Assembly: GCA_902803085.1 (NCBI GenBank)
Contig: CADCOO010000009.1
Span: 1 to 42,678, forward strand
Source of the DNA: an uncultured Planctomycetota bacterium
Lineage (GTDB): Bacteria > Planctomycetota > Planctomycetia > Pirellulales > Thermoguttaceae
DNA: 42,678 nucleotides
Reading direction: 5' to 3'
The notes under the pieces are model-generated. The model searched no databases, was not told the DNA's origin, and saw nothing but the letters and a program-made list of their open reading frames with translations. A program made the position numbers and the translations under genes. Position 1 is the first letter of the stretch. Each line of letters begins with the position of its first letter. Shown here in pieces: positions 35,401-42,678 of this stretch.

Positions 35401-36076
35401 CCGCCGCCGTAATCGAGGGCAGGAAGAAGCTAGAGATGAGGCCGAGAACTGCTACTCCGACAATGACGCTCGACCAGATGATCCAGTTATGCATTCCGCC
35501 TTGACCAATTTCCGGTAGACCCTGATTATACGGCGTCGTGAGAACAAAGAGGATTCCTCCTAAAACTTGACCGCCTATGCACGCGACCATCGTCGTCATC
35601 GTTATGTAACCGTTGGCTTCGGAAATACGATTGCCGGGAACGATATTAGGAATACTGCCGTATTTGGCGGGACTGAAGAAGGCGCTTTGCGCAGCCATGA
35701 GGAAGAGCGTGGCGAGCATAAAAGGAACCGACTGCAGAAGGATCGCTATGGTCCCGATCGCCATAACGACTAGCTCGGCGGCTTTGCACCATATGATAAC
35801 CTTGCGACGGTTGAAACGGTCGCAACAGTAGCCCGCGTAGGTCGCAAAAAGGAGGAACGGCACGAGAAACGCTATGGAGCCTATTCCGCGAATCTTGTCC
35901 GGATTGTCGGACCAACCGATCGCGCATTTCCCAATGGGAATGATCAGCCAACGGAAAATATTGTCGTTGAGCGCGACCATGAATTGCGTGATAAGGAGCG
36001 CGATAAAACCTTTGGTCCAGAGCGGCGATTTCGCGGTTTCAATCGCTTCCACATTGCGGGACGCCTGCGTTTCCAT
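32423..36076 (-). CDS. Triple fusion: MFS transporter (LplT-like), PlsC-type acyltransferase and AMP-binding acyl-ACP/CoA synthetase (Aas-like)
   Basis: 1217 aa. aa 1-~450 has about 12 TM helices of MFS type. The acyltransferase HX4D motif is LLGNHVSFLDALIV (encoded near 34582-34600), with the FPEGAITRDG block. The adenylation motifs are VFTSGSTGLPKGAVLT (near 33513-33542), GYGATE, YVTGD and GKLN. Confidence 0.85.
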   Translation of the reverse strand: METQASRNVEAIETAKSPLWTKGFIALLITQFMVALNDNIFRWLIIPIGKCAIGWSDNPDKIRGIGSIAFLVPFLLFATYAGYCCDRFNRRKVIIWCKAAELVVMAIGTIAILLQSVPFMLATLFLMAAQSAFFSPAKYGSIPNIVPGNRISEANGYITMTTMVACIGGQVLGGILFVLTTPYNQGLPEIGQGGMHNWIIWSSVIVGVAVLGLISSFFLPSITAADPHAKFPVNPIGQTYADLKLLVQNRYLFWIAMASSFFWGVGALAQINIDKFATEYLNVPQDWAMALLVALSVGMAGGAVIAGKLSRGRIELGLVPLGALAIVVFSFILFFTPFVPRELASPHSFGFMFAGTGLLLLGLSATMYDLPLVAVLQTESPAEHRGRILAAYNFFSFAAMALFAVFQSFLGGLPLRETVNEKGEQALTGLNGAEIWLVCSVISIPVLYLTLRAFAIPLLRVLVTNWLKITYGMREYGVDNIPKEGPVLLLGNHVSFLDALIVYTSSSRPVRFISDQNFLPAKSRLANFVIRKTGVIQFDPKSRKSTAYMLREAQTALQNGEVVCIFPEGAITRDGQTRAFKPGFLALLRKTPNAPIIPFAITGLYGSRFAYAKPKGYRRKAPYRLTISYGSTYSVEDERAKGCSDAHIMQKLLHIVQELNIDATDYRKHPENVFLYTPARGAIRGLRLSGARRHFGDSTGKETTGKQALLQILVLRRLLHRILPPEKFVGVLLPTSVAGVLVNAALAFDRRIPINLNYTFTNDVNNYCIHKVGIKTIVASSQLLKKLPKLDLEAEVLPLEEVAKSNIRTSDKLVGFLESLLPTWLLERILGLTKEKLTDINTIVFTSGSTGLPKGAVLTNANISANAQSFAQSAMPAYNLSLCGVLPFFHSFGYTVTIWFPLYHPYACYYHYNPLDYKGVAAVIKKYRPDLFVTTPTFMRTYIRKCSKEDFESVYFPIVGAEKAPAQLYADCKEKFGVGLNEGYGATELSPVFSHNIPECDAPDDITPYHKDFSIGTPDPNFVAKVVDMETGEELPPNTSGMMLVKGNSVTEGYYEDPERTSSIFKDGWYVTGDIAKIDEDNFIFITGRETRISKIGGEMAPHAFIEEKLLEALKDMSDQPNNEQDGDDSSSSGGLNLVVTAVPDERKGEKLVVLYVDLPCAPEELCKRALDAGVLPQLWIPAPANFKQVPEIPILGTGKLNLKGIQDLAKQLYGIN

Positions 36077-36161
36077 AATAACAATGATCCCCGTTGGCTT
36101 GTGTCGTGAACTAATTGATCGCGCCGGACAATCAAAACCGACGCGACCCTACTAACGCGCT

Positions 36162-36190
36162 ATAGTAACCATATTATCGTAGATTGACAA
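36162..36190 (-). promoter_or_regulatory. Sigma-70-type promoter candidate for the MFS-PlsC-Aas fusion gene
   Basis: The minus strand reads TTGTCA (plus tgacaa at 36185-36190), a 17-nt spacer, then TACTAT (plus atagta at 36162-36167), about 85 nt upstream of the ATG at 36076. Confidence 0.35.
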
Positions 36191-36204
36191 GAGAAAAGAG
36201 AGTT

Positions 36205-36237
36205 GAAAATGACATTTTTTTAAATTTTGTCATTTTC
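36205..36237 (-). terminator. AT-rich perfect inverted repeat after rpoN (terminator or operator)
   Basis: GAAAATGACA (36205-36214) and TGTCATTTTC (36228-36237) are 10-bp perfect arms around a T/A-only loop. The repeat is 30 nt downstream of the rpoN stop, and a U-rich tract follows on the minus strand. Confidence 0.45.
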
Positions 36238-36267
36238 AAGGGAAGAGTTGCGCGCGTTGGAAAAACG

Positions 36268-38061
36268 CTATTTTGATTTCCCGGCGAGCCTTTTTCGTTC
36301 ACGGCTATTGGGGATTCCAAGTCGATCGCGGTGCTCTTGAACCGTTTTGCGACTGACTTCAAGGCCGTGTTTGCTCTTGAGCTCGGCGGCGAGCGCCTCG
36401 TCGCTGAGCGGCTTGGTTTTCGATTCGTTGGCGACCAGATCGCGTATTTTTTCCGCGACGTTCGAACTCGTCGCGTCGCCGACGACCGCTTTCGGAAAGA
36501 AATCGCGAAACGCGGCGAAACCCCGGGGAGTAGCGAGCCATTTGTTATTGCACGCGCGCGAGATTGTCGAAGAATCGAGACCGAGTTTGTCCGCTATTTG
36601 TTGCTGCGTGAGCGGCTTGGGGTAAGAGGAAGGGTCGTCGAAATAATCCGACTGAAAGTCGACCACCGCCTTCGCAACGCGCAGCAGCGTCGATTTCCTA
36701 TTGCGCAACGCGTCGACGAGCGCCTGGGCCTCCACGTATTGACGGCGGAGATACTCTTTTGTTTTCTTATCGACTCGCTTTGAAAAGAGGAGCTTGCTAT
36801 AGTAGGGATCGAGCTCTAAATCTTCGCGCGAGTCGTCGAGTTTAACGATCCAACGTCCTTCGGCGTTTTGTTCTACGACGATTTCAGGTTGAATCCAGTT
36901 AAGTTGCGAAGGCGCTTCGGCGAAGAGTTCGCTTGGAGAAGGGTAAAAAGGAAAGTCGCCCGAAAAGATTTGCACGAGTTCGTCGTGCGAAATACCCGTT
37001 TCACTGGAGAGCGCGCCAAGCCGCTTTTTAATGAAGTCGTCGAAATACCGCGTTATAATGAGTTCAAGTTGCTCGTGGTATTCCGCGTCGGGACGCAGCC
37101 GCAGAATTAGACTCTCTTGCATATTGCGCGCGCCGACGCCGGGCGGGTCCATCTGCTGAATCGTTTTGAGCGCTTCTTCTGCGAGCGCGCGTTCTTGTTC
37201 TGAAGGCGGATTGGGAAAGAGCGCGTCGAGCGGATCGACGTCTTGACGCTGGGTTTTAATGGCGTCGAGCGCCTTCTTGGCGATTTCGCGTTCTTCTTTA
37301 GTCGTTTTTCTTCCAACGATGGCGTCGAATTCCTCGCGCGCGAGTCTTCGGGACGATTTGGAGACGCTTTTAACGGAATAATAGTCGTCGAGCGCTTTTT
37401 TGGCGCGCGAGCGCAATTCGTCCGTTGATATTAGGTCGAAGAGCGTGTCGAATTCGACAATAGCGCGAACGGATTCTTCGTCGACGCCTTCCGACGCGGC
37501 GTTGTCTTGCGTTTGACGATCGGTTTTGACGTCGGGCTTGAGGTAGCCGGAAGAATCGAGATTGTCGATAACGACGCGGCAGAGCGCCTTTACTTCGGGC
37601 TTAAGTCTGCTAAATTTCCCGTCGAGTTCGAGCTGTTCAAGGAGGTGATCGCGCAACGTCTCTTGCGTGGGCGCGACGGGATCGAAGTACTGTTCGTCCT
37701 CGGAATCGAAATAGCGTTCGGACGACGGAGCGCGAGCCGTCAGAAAGGCGCGCGGGGAGAAGTAATAAGCTTCGGCTTCGGAGTCCTGCGCCTCGTCGTA
37801 TCCGACGTTGACGTCGACTGGGGCGCCCTCGTTTCCAGAGCTCGTCGATTTTTCGGCGCGTCCTTTGGCGATAAAGACGTTGTCCTGGGACTCAATATAG
37901 GCTTCGACGTCCTGACTGGAGCGCTCCAGTAGATTCGAGAACTGAATCTTCTTTTGCTGCGCGTACAACTCCTGCTTGAGTTTGTTGACGCGTTGCATAG
38001 CGATCCGTCGCTCTTCTGAAAGACCGAGCCCAAATCGAGGACTGCCGAAGGAACTTGACAT
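36268..38061 (-). CDS. rpoN: RNA polymerase sigma-54 factor (RpoN), expanded to 597 aa
   Basis: The core-binding region has MDPPGVGARNMQESLILRL. The C-terminal DNA-binding region has PKPLTQQQIADKLGLDSSTISRACNNKWLATPRG (HTH) and an RpoN-box-like VSRKTVQEHRDRLGIPNSRERKR. The N-terminal region I is divergent. Confidence 0.85.
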   Translation of the reverse strand: MSSSFGSPRFGLGLSEERRIAMQRVNKLKQELYAQQKKIQFSNLLERSSQDVEAYIESQDNVFIAKGRAEKSTSSGNEGAPVDVNVGYDEAQDSEAEAYYFSPRAFLTARAPSSERYFDSEDEQYFDPVAPTQETLRDHLLEQLELDGKFSRLKPEVKALCRVVIDNLDSSGYLKPDVKTDRQTQDNAASEGVDEESVRAIVEFDTLFDLISTDELRSRAKKALDDYYSVKSVSKSSRRLAREEFDAIVGRKTTKEEREIAKKALDAIKTQRQDVDPLDALFPNPPSEQERALAEEALKTIQQMDPPGVGARNMQESLILRLRPDAEYHEQLELIITRYFDDFIKKRLGALSSETGISHDELVQIFSGDFPFYPSPSELFAEAPSQLNWIQPEIVVEQNAEGRWIVKLDDSREDLELDPYYSKLLFSKRVDKKTKEYLRRQYVEAQALVDALRNRKSTLLRVAKAVVDFQSDYFDDPSSYPKPLTQQQIADKLGLDSSTISRACNNKWLATPRGFAAFRDFFPKAVVGDATSSNVAEKIRDLVANESKTKPLSDEALAAELKSKHGLEVSRKTVQEHRDRLGIPNSRERKRLAGKSK

Positions 38062-38121
38062 TGACGTTGCGGCGCTGGAATATCAAAGGGGTAAAGGGTT
38101 GGAAAAATGCGAGAACGGAAG

Positions 38122-39183
38122 TTACTCCGAGTCGTTCCGTTTCGTCGGCAACGTAAGAGACGGACGCTGACGAAGACGGTCGGGGGTCGGCGCGGGACGA
38201 TCGGCGGGGATTTCTCGTAGGCCTGGCGTCGTCGGCGTTTCGACGGCGTTGGAGCGGGTTGCGAACTTTTCCGAGTCGTCGCCGACTCTAGCGCGCGAAG
38301 TTCCCGGCGCTTTTAAAGGTTCAAAAAGCGTATTGATCATTTCGGCGCCTTGGGAAACGAGCGTGGCAATTCGCGCGTTTATGAGCGAGTGCGCCACGAG
38401 CGCGGGAATCGCGACGATAAGACCGTCGACCGTCGTAACGAGCGCGAAATAGATGCCGTTGGCAAGATTGCGGCCGGACCCGTCCGAGACCGCTATTTCG
38501 CCAAAGGTCGTAACCATTCCAATGACCGTGCCGAGCAGACCCAGCATAGGAGCGACGTTTCCGATCGTGGCAAGCGGTTCCGAGCGACGGAAAGTTTTGC
38601 TTGCGTAGTCGGCGGCGGCGTCTTCGAGCGCCTTCTCGACGGCGTTCCACCCGCGCGACGCTTCTCTTAGACCCTGCGCGACGACCGCGCCTAAAAAGGA
38701 GTTGGAGCCTTCTGCAAGCTTCAACGCGCCCTCGACGTCGTGGCGAACCAAACGCGTTCGCAATTCCTTGGCGAGCTCTTCGGGGATAAAGGACGAACGG
38801 CGCAGCGCCAGGCAAAGTCGAATGATTAGCGACACGGCTACGATCGACGCGATCAATAAAACGACGCCAATCCAGCCGCTTGACAAAAGAAGGTCGAGAA
38901 AACGCGCGCGTTCGCCGCTCGACGGAGACGCGGGCGGCGCCGACGCGGATTCGGACTCCGATTGCGAGTCGGCGACCGGGTCGTTAGACTCTGCCGGTGG
39001 CGTTACGTCGTCGAGCGCGCTAAGATCGAGATCTTGCTCCTGAGCAAACGCGACGACCTCGGCGGACGACGGCGTAATCGCAACAGTTCCCAATGGAACC
39101 GTCGCGACAAAGAGGGCGACTAAAACAAACGCGACTTCTAGCGCGCGACGTCGGGAGTTGGCGAATAGCTTGAAGGTTCGCAT
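38122..39183 (-). CDS. MotA/TolQ/ExbB proton-channel family protein
   Basis: The conserved C-terminal core is ATIGNVAPMLGLLGTVIGMVTTFGEIA...GIYFALVTTVDGLIVAIPALVAHSLI. An N-terminal TM helix is followed by an acidic Ser/Pro-rich linker. I place the start at the ATG at 39183 (MRTFKLF...); the track's TTG at 39261 is also possible. Confidence 0.8.
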   Translation of the reverse strand: MRTFKLFANSRRRALEVAFVLVALFVATVPLGTVAITPSSAEVVAFAQEQDLDLSALDDVTPPAESNDPVADSQSESESASAPPASPSSGERARFLDLLLSSGWIGVVLLIASIVAVSLIIRLCLALRRSSFIPEELAKELRTRLVRHDVEGALKLAEGSNSFLGAVVAQGLREASRGWNAVEKALEDAAADYASKTFRRSEPLATIGNVAPMLGLLGTVIGMVTTFGEIAVSDGSGRNLANGIYFALVTTVDGLIVAIPALVAHSLINARIATLVSQGAEMINTLFEPLKAPGTSRARVGDDSEKFATRSNAVETPTTPGLREIPADRPAPTPDRLRQRPSLTLPTKRNDSE

Positions 39184-39458
39184 TGGACGATCGGCTTGGT
39201 GGAGGAGGAATTCGGGTAATGCCGCGCCGGGACGGCGCCTTATTGACGCGCCCCCTTTCAATCGCGCGGGAACTTTGTATAATCATTATATTGTGTTCGG
39301 TGCGTTTTGACAGACTACGGTTGGTTAAAAACGTGCAGAAAAGGGTATTTTTAGAATTTCCAGCCCGGTTCGAGCGGATATTGCGCAATGTAGCGCGGCT
39401 TGTTGGCGCCGCTCGGGGCTCTTCCATATTTCCTCTTTGAGAACAGGAAGGTATTTCA

Positions 39459-40652
39459 ATGGCGAAGAAAACGATCGCTAACGTTGACGTTGCCGGTAAG
39501 AAAGTATTGGTTCGCGTCGATTTCAATGTTCCGCTCGACGACAATGGCGCCATTACCGACGACCGTCGTATTCAAATGGCGTTGCCGACGATTAAGTCCG
39601 TACTCGAACGCGGCGGCAAGCTGATCCTTATGAGTCACCTCGGACGACCGAAGGACGCGCCGGATCCGAAATTCACGCTGAAGCCGACCGCCGTGCGTCT
39701 CGGCGAATTGCTCCCGGGCGTTAAGGTCGATTTCGCGACCGACACGGTTGGCGACGACGCGCAGGCGAAGGTTGCCGCGCTCGCCGACGGCGGAGTCGTC
39801 GTTCTTGAGAACCTCCGATTCCAACCTGGCGAGAAGAAAGGCGATACCGAATTCGCCGCGAAGCTCGCCGCGTTTGGCGACGTATACGTCAACGACGCGT
39901 TCGGCACTTGCCACCGTACCGACGCGTCGATGTACGCCGTGCCGCAAACGATGGGCGCGCAGGGTAAGCCGCGCGTCTGCGGGTTCCTCGTCGAAAAGGA
40001 AATCAAATACCTCACCGACGCGATCAGCTCGCCGGAACGTCCCTTTATCGCGATTCTCGGCGGCGCCAAGGTCTCCGATAAGATCATGGTCATTAAGAAC
40101 CTCCTCGGTATCTGCGACAAGGTCCTTATCGGCGGCGCTATGGCATATACCTTCTCCCTCGCGACCGGTGGAAAGGTCGGTAAGAGCCTTGTTGAGCCCG
40201 ACAAAGTCGATCTCGCCAAAGAACTTCTCGCGGAAGGTGGCGACAAGCTCGTTCTGCCCGTCGACGTTCACTGCGGCGACGCCTTCTCCTCCGACTGCAA
40301 TAAGGTCGTCGTGGCGGCCGGTCAGATTCCGGACGATTTCGAAGGTCTCGATATTGGTCCTGAGACGGCGAAACAGTACGCCGAAATCGTCAAGGGCGCG
40401 AAGACCGTCGTCTGGAACGGTCCGATGGGCGTTTCTGAAATGCCGCCGTTCGACTTCGGCACCAAGACGGTCGCGCAAGCGATCGCCGACAGCTCCGCCG
40501 TCTCGATTATCGGCGGCGGCGACAGCGCCGCGGCTATCCAAAAGCTCGGATTCGCCGATAAGGTTTCGCACGTCAGCACGGGCGGCGGCGCCAGCTTGGA
40601 AATGCTCGAGGGCAAGAAATTCAAGGCGCTCGAAGAGATCGACGAGGCGTGA
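39459..40652 (+). CDS. pgk: Phosphoglycerate kinase
   Basis: 397 aa with [54 protein letters not shown] and STGGGASLE. Confidence 0.97.
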   Translation: MAKKTIANVDVAGKKVLVRVDFNVPLDDNGAITDDRRIQMALPTIKSVLERGGKLILMSHLGRPKDAPDPKFTLKPTAVRLGELLPGVKVDFATDTVGDDAQAKVAALADGGVVVLENLRFQPGEKKGDTEFAAKLAAFGDVYVNDAFGTCHRTDASMYAVPQTMGAQGKPRVCGFLVEKEIKYLTDAISSPERPFIAILGGAKVSDKIMVIKNLLGICDKVLIGGAMAYTFSLATGGKVGKSLVEPDKVDLAKELLAEGGDKLVLPVDVHCGDAFSSDCNKVVVAAGQIPDDFEGLDIGPETAKQYAEIVKGAKTVVWNGPMGVSEMPPFDFGTKTVAQAIADSSAVSIIGGGDSAAAIQKLGFADKVSHVSTGGGASLEMLEGKKFKALEEIDEA

Positions 40653-40682
40653 TTCACGCGCGATTGCGGTTTCATTAGCGGT

Positions 40683-40714
40683 TAGCGTCTCGTAATCAAC
40701 CGACGCTATTTTCT
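40683..40714 (+). terminator. Rho-independent terminator after pgk
   Basis: TAGCGTC (40683-40689) and GACGCTA (40702-40708) form a 7-bp stem with a 12-nt loop. It is followed by TTTTCT, 30 nt after the pgk stop. Confidence 0.6.
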
Positions 40715-40855
40715 GACTGGGGCGCTTGCGGATCCTTGTCCTACGATTCGCAAGCGCCTCGTTGTCGGGACTCCTCTCGAGTCCTGACGCGTTATTCTTT
40801 TAGACGTCGTTTCATAATATGCGCCTCTTATTGCGTTTTAAGAAGGAGTTCAACG

Positions 40856-41845
40856 ATGCGATTTACGCGTGTTTTCGTTCCAGACGATCCTGATCCGAAA
40901 TTGGCGGTTTGGGTCGAAGCGCTGCAAGGGTGGGTCTCTTTGGGCTGTTTGGGATTAAGTCCCACCAACATAGAGGATCTGTCGATCGACGATATGCTCG
41001 CCGCTAATATTCGTGAAATCGAACTATTTAATCGACCCATTTGGGGAGAAATACGCAAAGCCGTCCGCGAGATTCCTCTGCCGTTGGTCGAGCGTTTCCC
41101 GATCTATGGACGGGACGGCGCGCCAACGCATTATGCGCCGCTATTTACAAGGAGCGTTAAGATACTCTGCGTCGGACTCAATTACGCGGAGCATGTTAAA
41201 GAATTCAACGACAACCTCCCGACCGAACCGGTGATCTTCAATAAGGCGACGTCGGCGATTAATTATTACGGCGCCGACGTCATATTGCCGGAATGCTCGA
41301 ACCGCGTGGATTACGAAGGAGAACTTGTTACGGTGATCGGCGCGCCATGCCGCAACGTGAGCGAGGAGGACGCGCTCGATTATGTCGCAGGATATTGCGT
41401 TGGCAACGACGTCTCCGCGCGCGACTGGCAGAAGGATAAGCCGCAAGGACAGTGGTTTCTCGGCAAATCCTTCGATACGTTCGCACCCTTAGGGCCGTGC
41501 TTTGTTACGTGCGACGAGGTTGGCGATCCCAACGACCTCGCTATTGAGACGCGACTCAACGGCGAGGTAATGCAGTCTTCTTCCACGAAGTATTTCATTT
41601 TTAAGATTCCGAAGCTGATTTCCTACTTGTCTCAGATCATGACCCTTGAGCCCGGCGACTTAATCTTTACCGGCACGCCTAACGGCGTCGGGGACGTGCG
41701 TAACCCGCCGGTGTATCTGAAGCCTGGCGACGTCGTGTCGGTCGAGATCGAAAAGATCGGCAAGCTTGTCAATCCCGTTCGGCGGCGTTGCGAGGACGAC
41801 GATCCCTGGCGCATACTTCCTTCTGGACGTTTCAGAACAAAATAG
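40856..41845 (+). CDS. Fumarylacetoacetate hydrolase (FAH) family protein
   Basis: An AAGGAG RBS (40843-40848) precedes the ATG at 40856. FAH-fold motifs are GLNYAEH, VIFNKATSA, VDYEGELVTVIG, GYCVGNDVSARDWQ, GKSFDTFAPLGP and PGDLIFTGTPNGVG. The track start at 40736 is rejected because it overlaps a hairpin and has no RBS. Confidence 0.85.
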   Translation: MRFTRVFVPDDPDPKLAVWVEALQGWVSLGCLGLSPTNIEDLSIDDMLAANIREIELFNRPIWGEIRKAVREIPLPLVERFPIYGRDGAPTHYAPLFTRSVKILCVGLNYAEHVKEFNDNLPTEPVIFNKATSAINYYGADVILPECSNRVDYEGELVTVIGAPCRNVSEEDALDYVAGYCVGNDVSARDWQKDKPQGQWFLGKSFDTFAPLGPCFVTCDEVGDPNDLAIETRLNGEVMQSSSTKYFIFKIPKLISYLSQIMTLEPGDLIFTGTPNGVGDVRNPPVYLKPGDVVSVEIEKIGKLVNPVRRRCEDDDPWRILPSGRFRTK

Positions 41846-41856
41846 ACGTTGTGAAT

Positions 41857-41885
41857 TTGACAAACGGCGCCGCCTATGCAACAAT
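41857..41885 (+). promoter_or_regulatory. Sigma-70-type promoter candidate for the DtxR-family regulator
   Basis: TTGACA (41857-41862), a 17-nt spacer, then AACAAT (41880-41885), about 70 nt before the ATG at 41957. Confidence 0.35.
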
Positions 41886-41956
41886 AGAGGCGTCGGGTGA
41901 AACGCAACGGCGTTTTTATTGAGAGCGAAAGAACGTTTTAACAAGAGAGCACACGA

Positions 41957-42678
41957 ATGCGCGAGCAAGAAGAAACTCACGATTTGACGCAGAGTCTCGA
42001 AGATTACCTCGAAGCTATCTACGAGTTAATGCTGGAGACGAAGACCGTGCGATGCAGTAGTATCGCCGATCGTCTGCAGGTTAAGAGACCGTCTGTTACG
42101 AGCGCGTTGCGCTCGCTTGCGGAAAAGGGACTGATTGTCTATTTGCCCTACGTGCCGATCACGCTCACTGAGCTTGGCGAGAGCGAAGCAAAGAAGATCA
42201 TTCGTCGGCACAAGGCGATGGAAATCTTCTTGGAGCGAATTCTCGGCGTCGAGAACGCGGAGTCGCATGAACTTGCTTGTCGTCTCGAGCACGCAATGAA
42301 CGACGAGGTTACGACCCGCCTTGTCGAATTCGTCGAATTCGTCGATAGTTGCCCGAGAGTCGGCGCCTCTCTGTTCCGACGCTCCGACTATCACTGTCGC
42401 GAAAAAAACAACGACCAATACTGCGCGATGTGCATTCACGGCTGTCTCGACGAAATTGTCCATTCGGGACGGACCGTTGATCTTTCAGGAGTCCATCGCG
42501 AGTCGAAGTCGCTCGCCGAACTCCGCGAGGGACACGAAACTCTCATTCTCGTTCAGCTCGCGGACGAGCTGCTTGATCGAGAGGAGTTTTCCACGAGCTA
42601 CTGGCGACCCAATAAAACGCTTCACCTCATTAAGAGCGACCCGGAAGGAGACGAGCGGCTGGCGGTTAGAATCGACGA
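41957..42678 (+). CDS. DtxR/MntR-family metal-dependent transcriptional regulator with a Cys-rich linker and a FeoA/SH3-like C-terminal domain; 3' end beyond the window
   Basis: Absent from the ORF track because it runs off the end. Translation: MREQEETHDLTQSLEDYLEAIYELMLETKTVRCSSIADRLQVKRPSVTSALRSLAEKGLI...LTELGESEAKKIIRRHKAMEIFLERILGV...HELACRLEHAM (winged HTH plus dimerisation/metal-site helices). Then comes CPRVG..C..C..C...C, then LAELREGHETLILVQL... (FeoA-like). It supersedes the antisense ORF 42026..42463(-). Confidence 0.75.
   Translation, partial: MREQEETHDLTQSLEDYLEAIYELMLETKTVRCSSIADRLQVKRPSVTSALRSLAEKGLIVYLPYVPITLTELGESEAKKIIRRHKAMEIFLERILGVENAESHELACRLEHAMNDEVTTRLVEFVEFVDSCPRVGASLFRRSDYHCREKNNDQYCAMCIHGCLDEIVHSGRTVDLSGVHRESKSLAELREGHETLILVQLADELLDREEFSTSYWRPNKTLHLIKSDPEGDERLAVRID

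Noticed and set aside
39456-40695. A 371-aa antisense ORF (39456..40571, -), a 315-aa alternative-frame ORF (39748..40695, +) and a 203-aa ORF (39635..40246, -), all overlapping pgk.
   Set aside because: pgk is unambiguous. The shadow ORFs are Arg/Ser/Ala-rich and typical of GC-rich codon bias.
1-42678. A scan for CRISPR arrays, IS elements or inverted terminal repeats, prophage genes, and sigma-54 (-24 TGGCAC / -12 TTGC) promoters.
   Set aside because: No regularly spaced direct repeats and no transposase or integrase motifs were seen. The only TGGCAC-like strings I noticed (for example ~17958, inside the DUF374 CDS) lack a correctly spaced TTGC element.

Overview
This 42.7-kb window looks like an ordinary chromosomal segment from a moderately GC-rich, CpG-rich bacterium. 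The gene content suggests a Planctomycetota/PVC-like organism, but that is a low-confidence guess. It rests on the DUF1080 lipoprotein, several signal-peptide beta-helix and BNR-type proteins, a Cys/Pro/Ala-rich secreted protein, an expanded sigma-54, and sparse Shine-Dalgarno use.

I support about 24 protein genes, one RNase P RNA (rnpB) and two identical tandem tRNA-Pro(GGG) genes. I found no CRISPR array, transposase, integrase or phage genes. Three real genes are missing from the supplied ORF track:
- a 53-aa rubredoxin (1922..2083, -), which is below the size cutoff;
- a DUF1080 gene that runs off the left edge (1..627, -);
- a DtxR/MntR-family regulator that runs off the right edge (41957..42678, +).

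Housekeeping genes include dus, an S41 C-terminal processing peptidase, an LptF/G-family permease, mnmA, a class I/II aminotransferase (possibly DapL), pgk, rpoN, an ExbB/TolQ-like channel and an FAH-family hydrolase.

The most unusual locus is 23080..30827. A 1673-aa UvrA carries three ABC ATPase modules: a complete UvrA plus a second N-half. The next gene supplies the matching UvrA C-half, flanked by a very basic low-complexity N-terminus and a tandemly duplicated C-terminal domain that I cannot assign. Together the two proteins hold the four nucleotide-binding domains of one UvrA dimer.

Other points of interest:
- a secreted protein with 32 cysteines behind a gene-free leader of about 1 kb;
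- a YgiQ radical-SAM protein with a coiled-coil insertion and an Arg/Gly/Asp/Lys-rich tail of about 195 aa, followed by the rubredoxin;
- a triple fusion of LplT-like MFS transporter, PlsC acyltransferase and acyl-ACP synthetase;
- an expanded sigma-54.

All family calls come from reading motifs in the translations. No database search was run.
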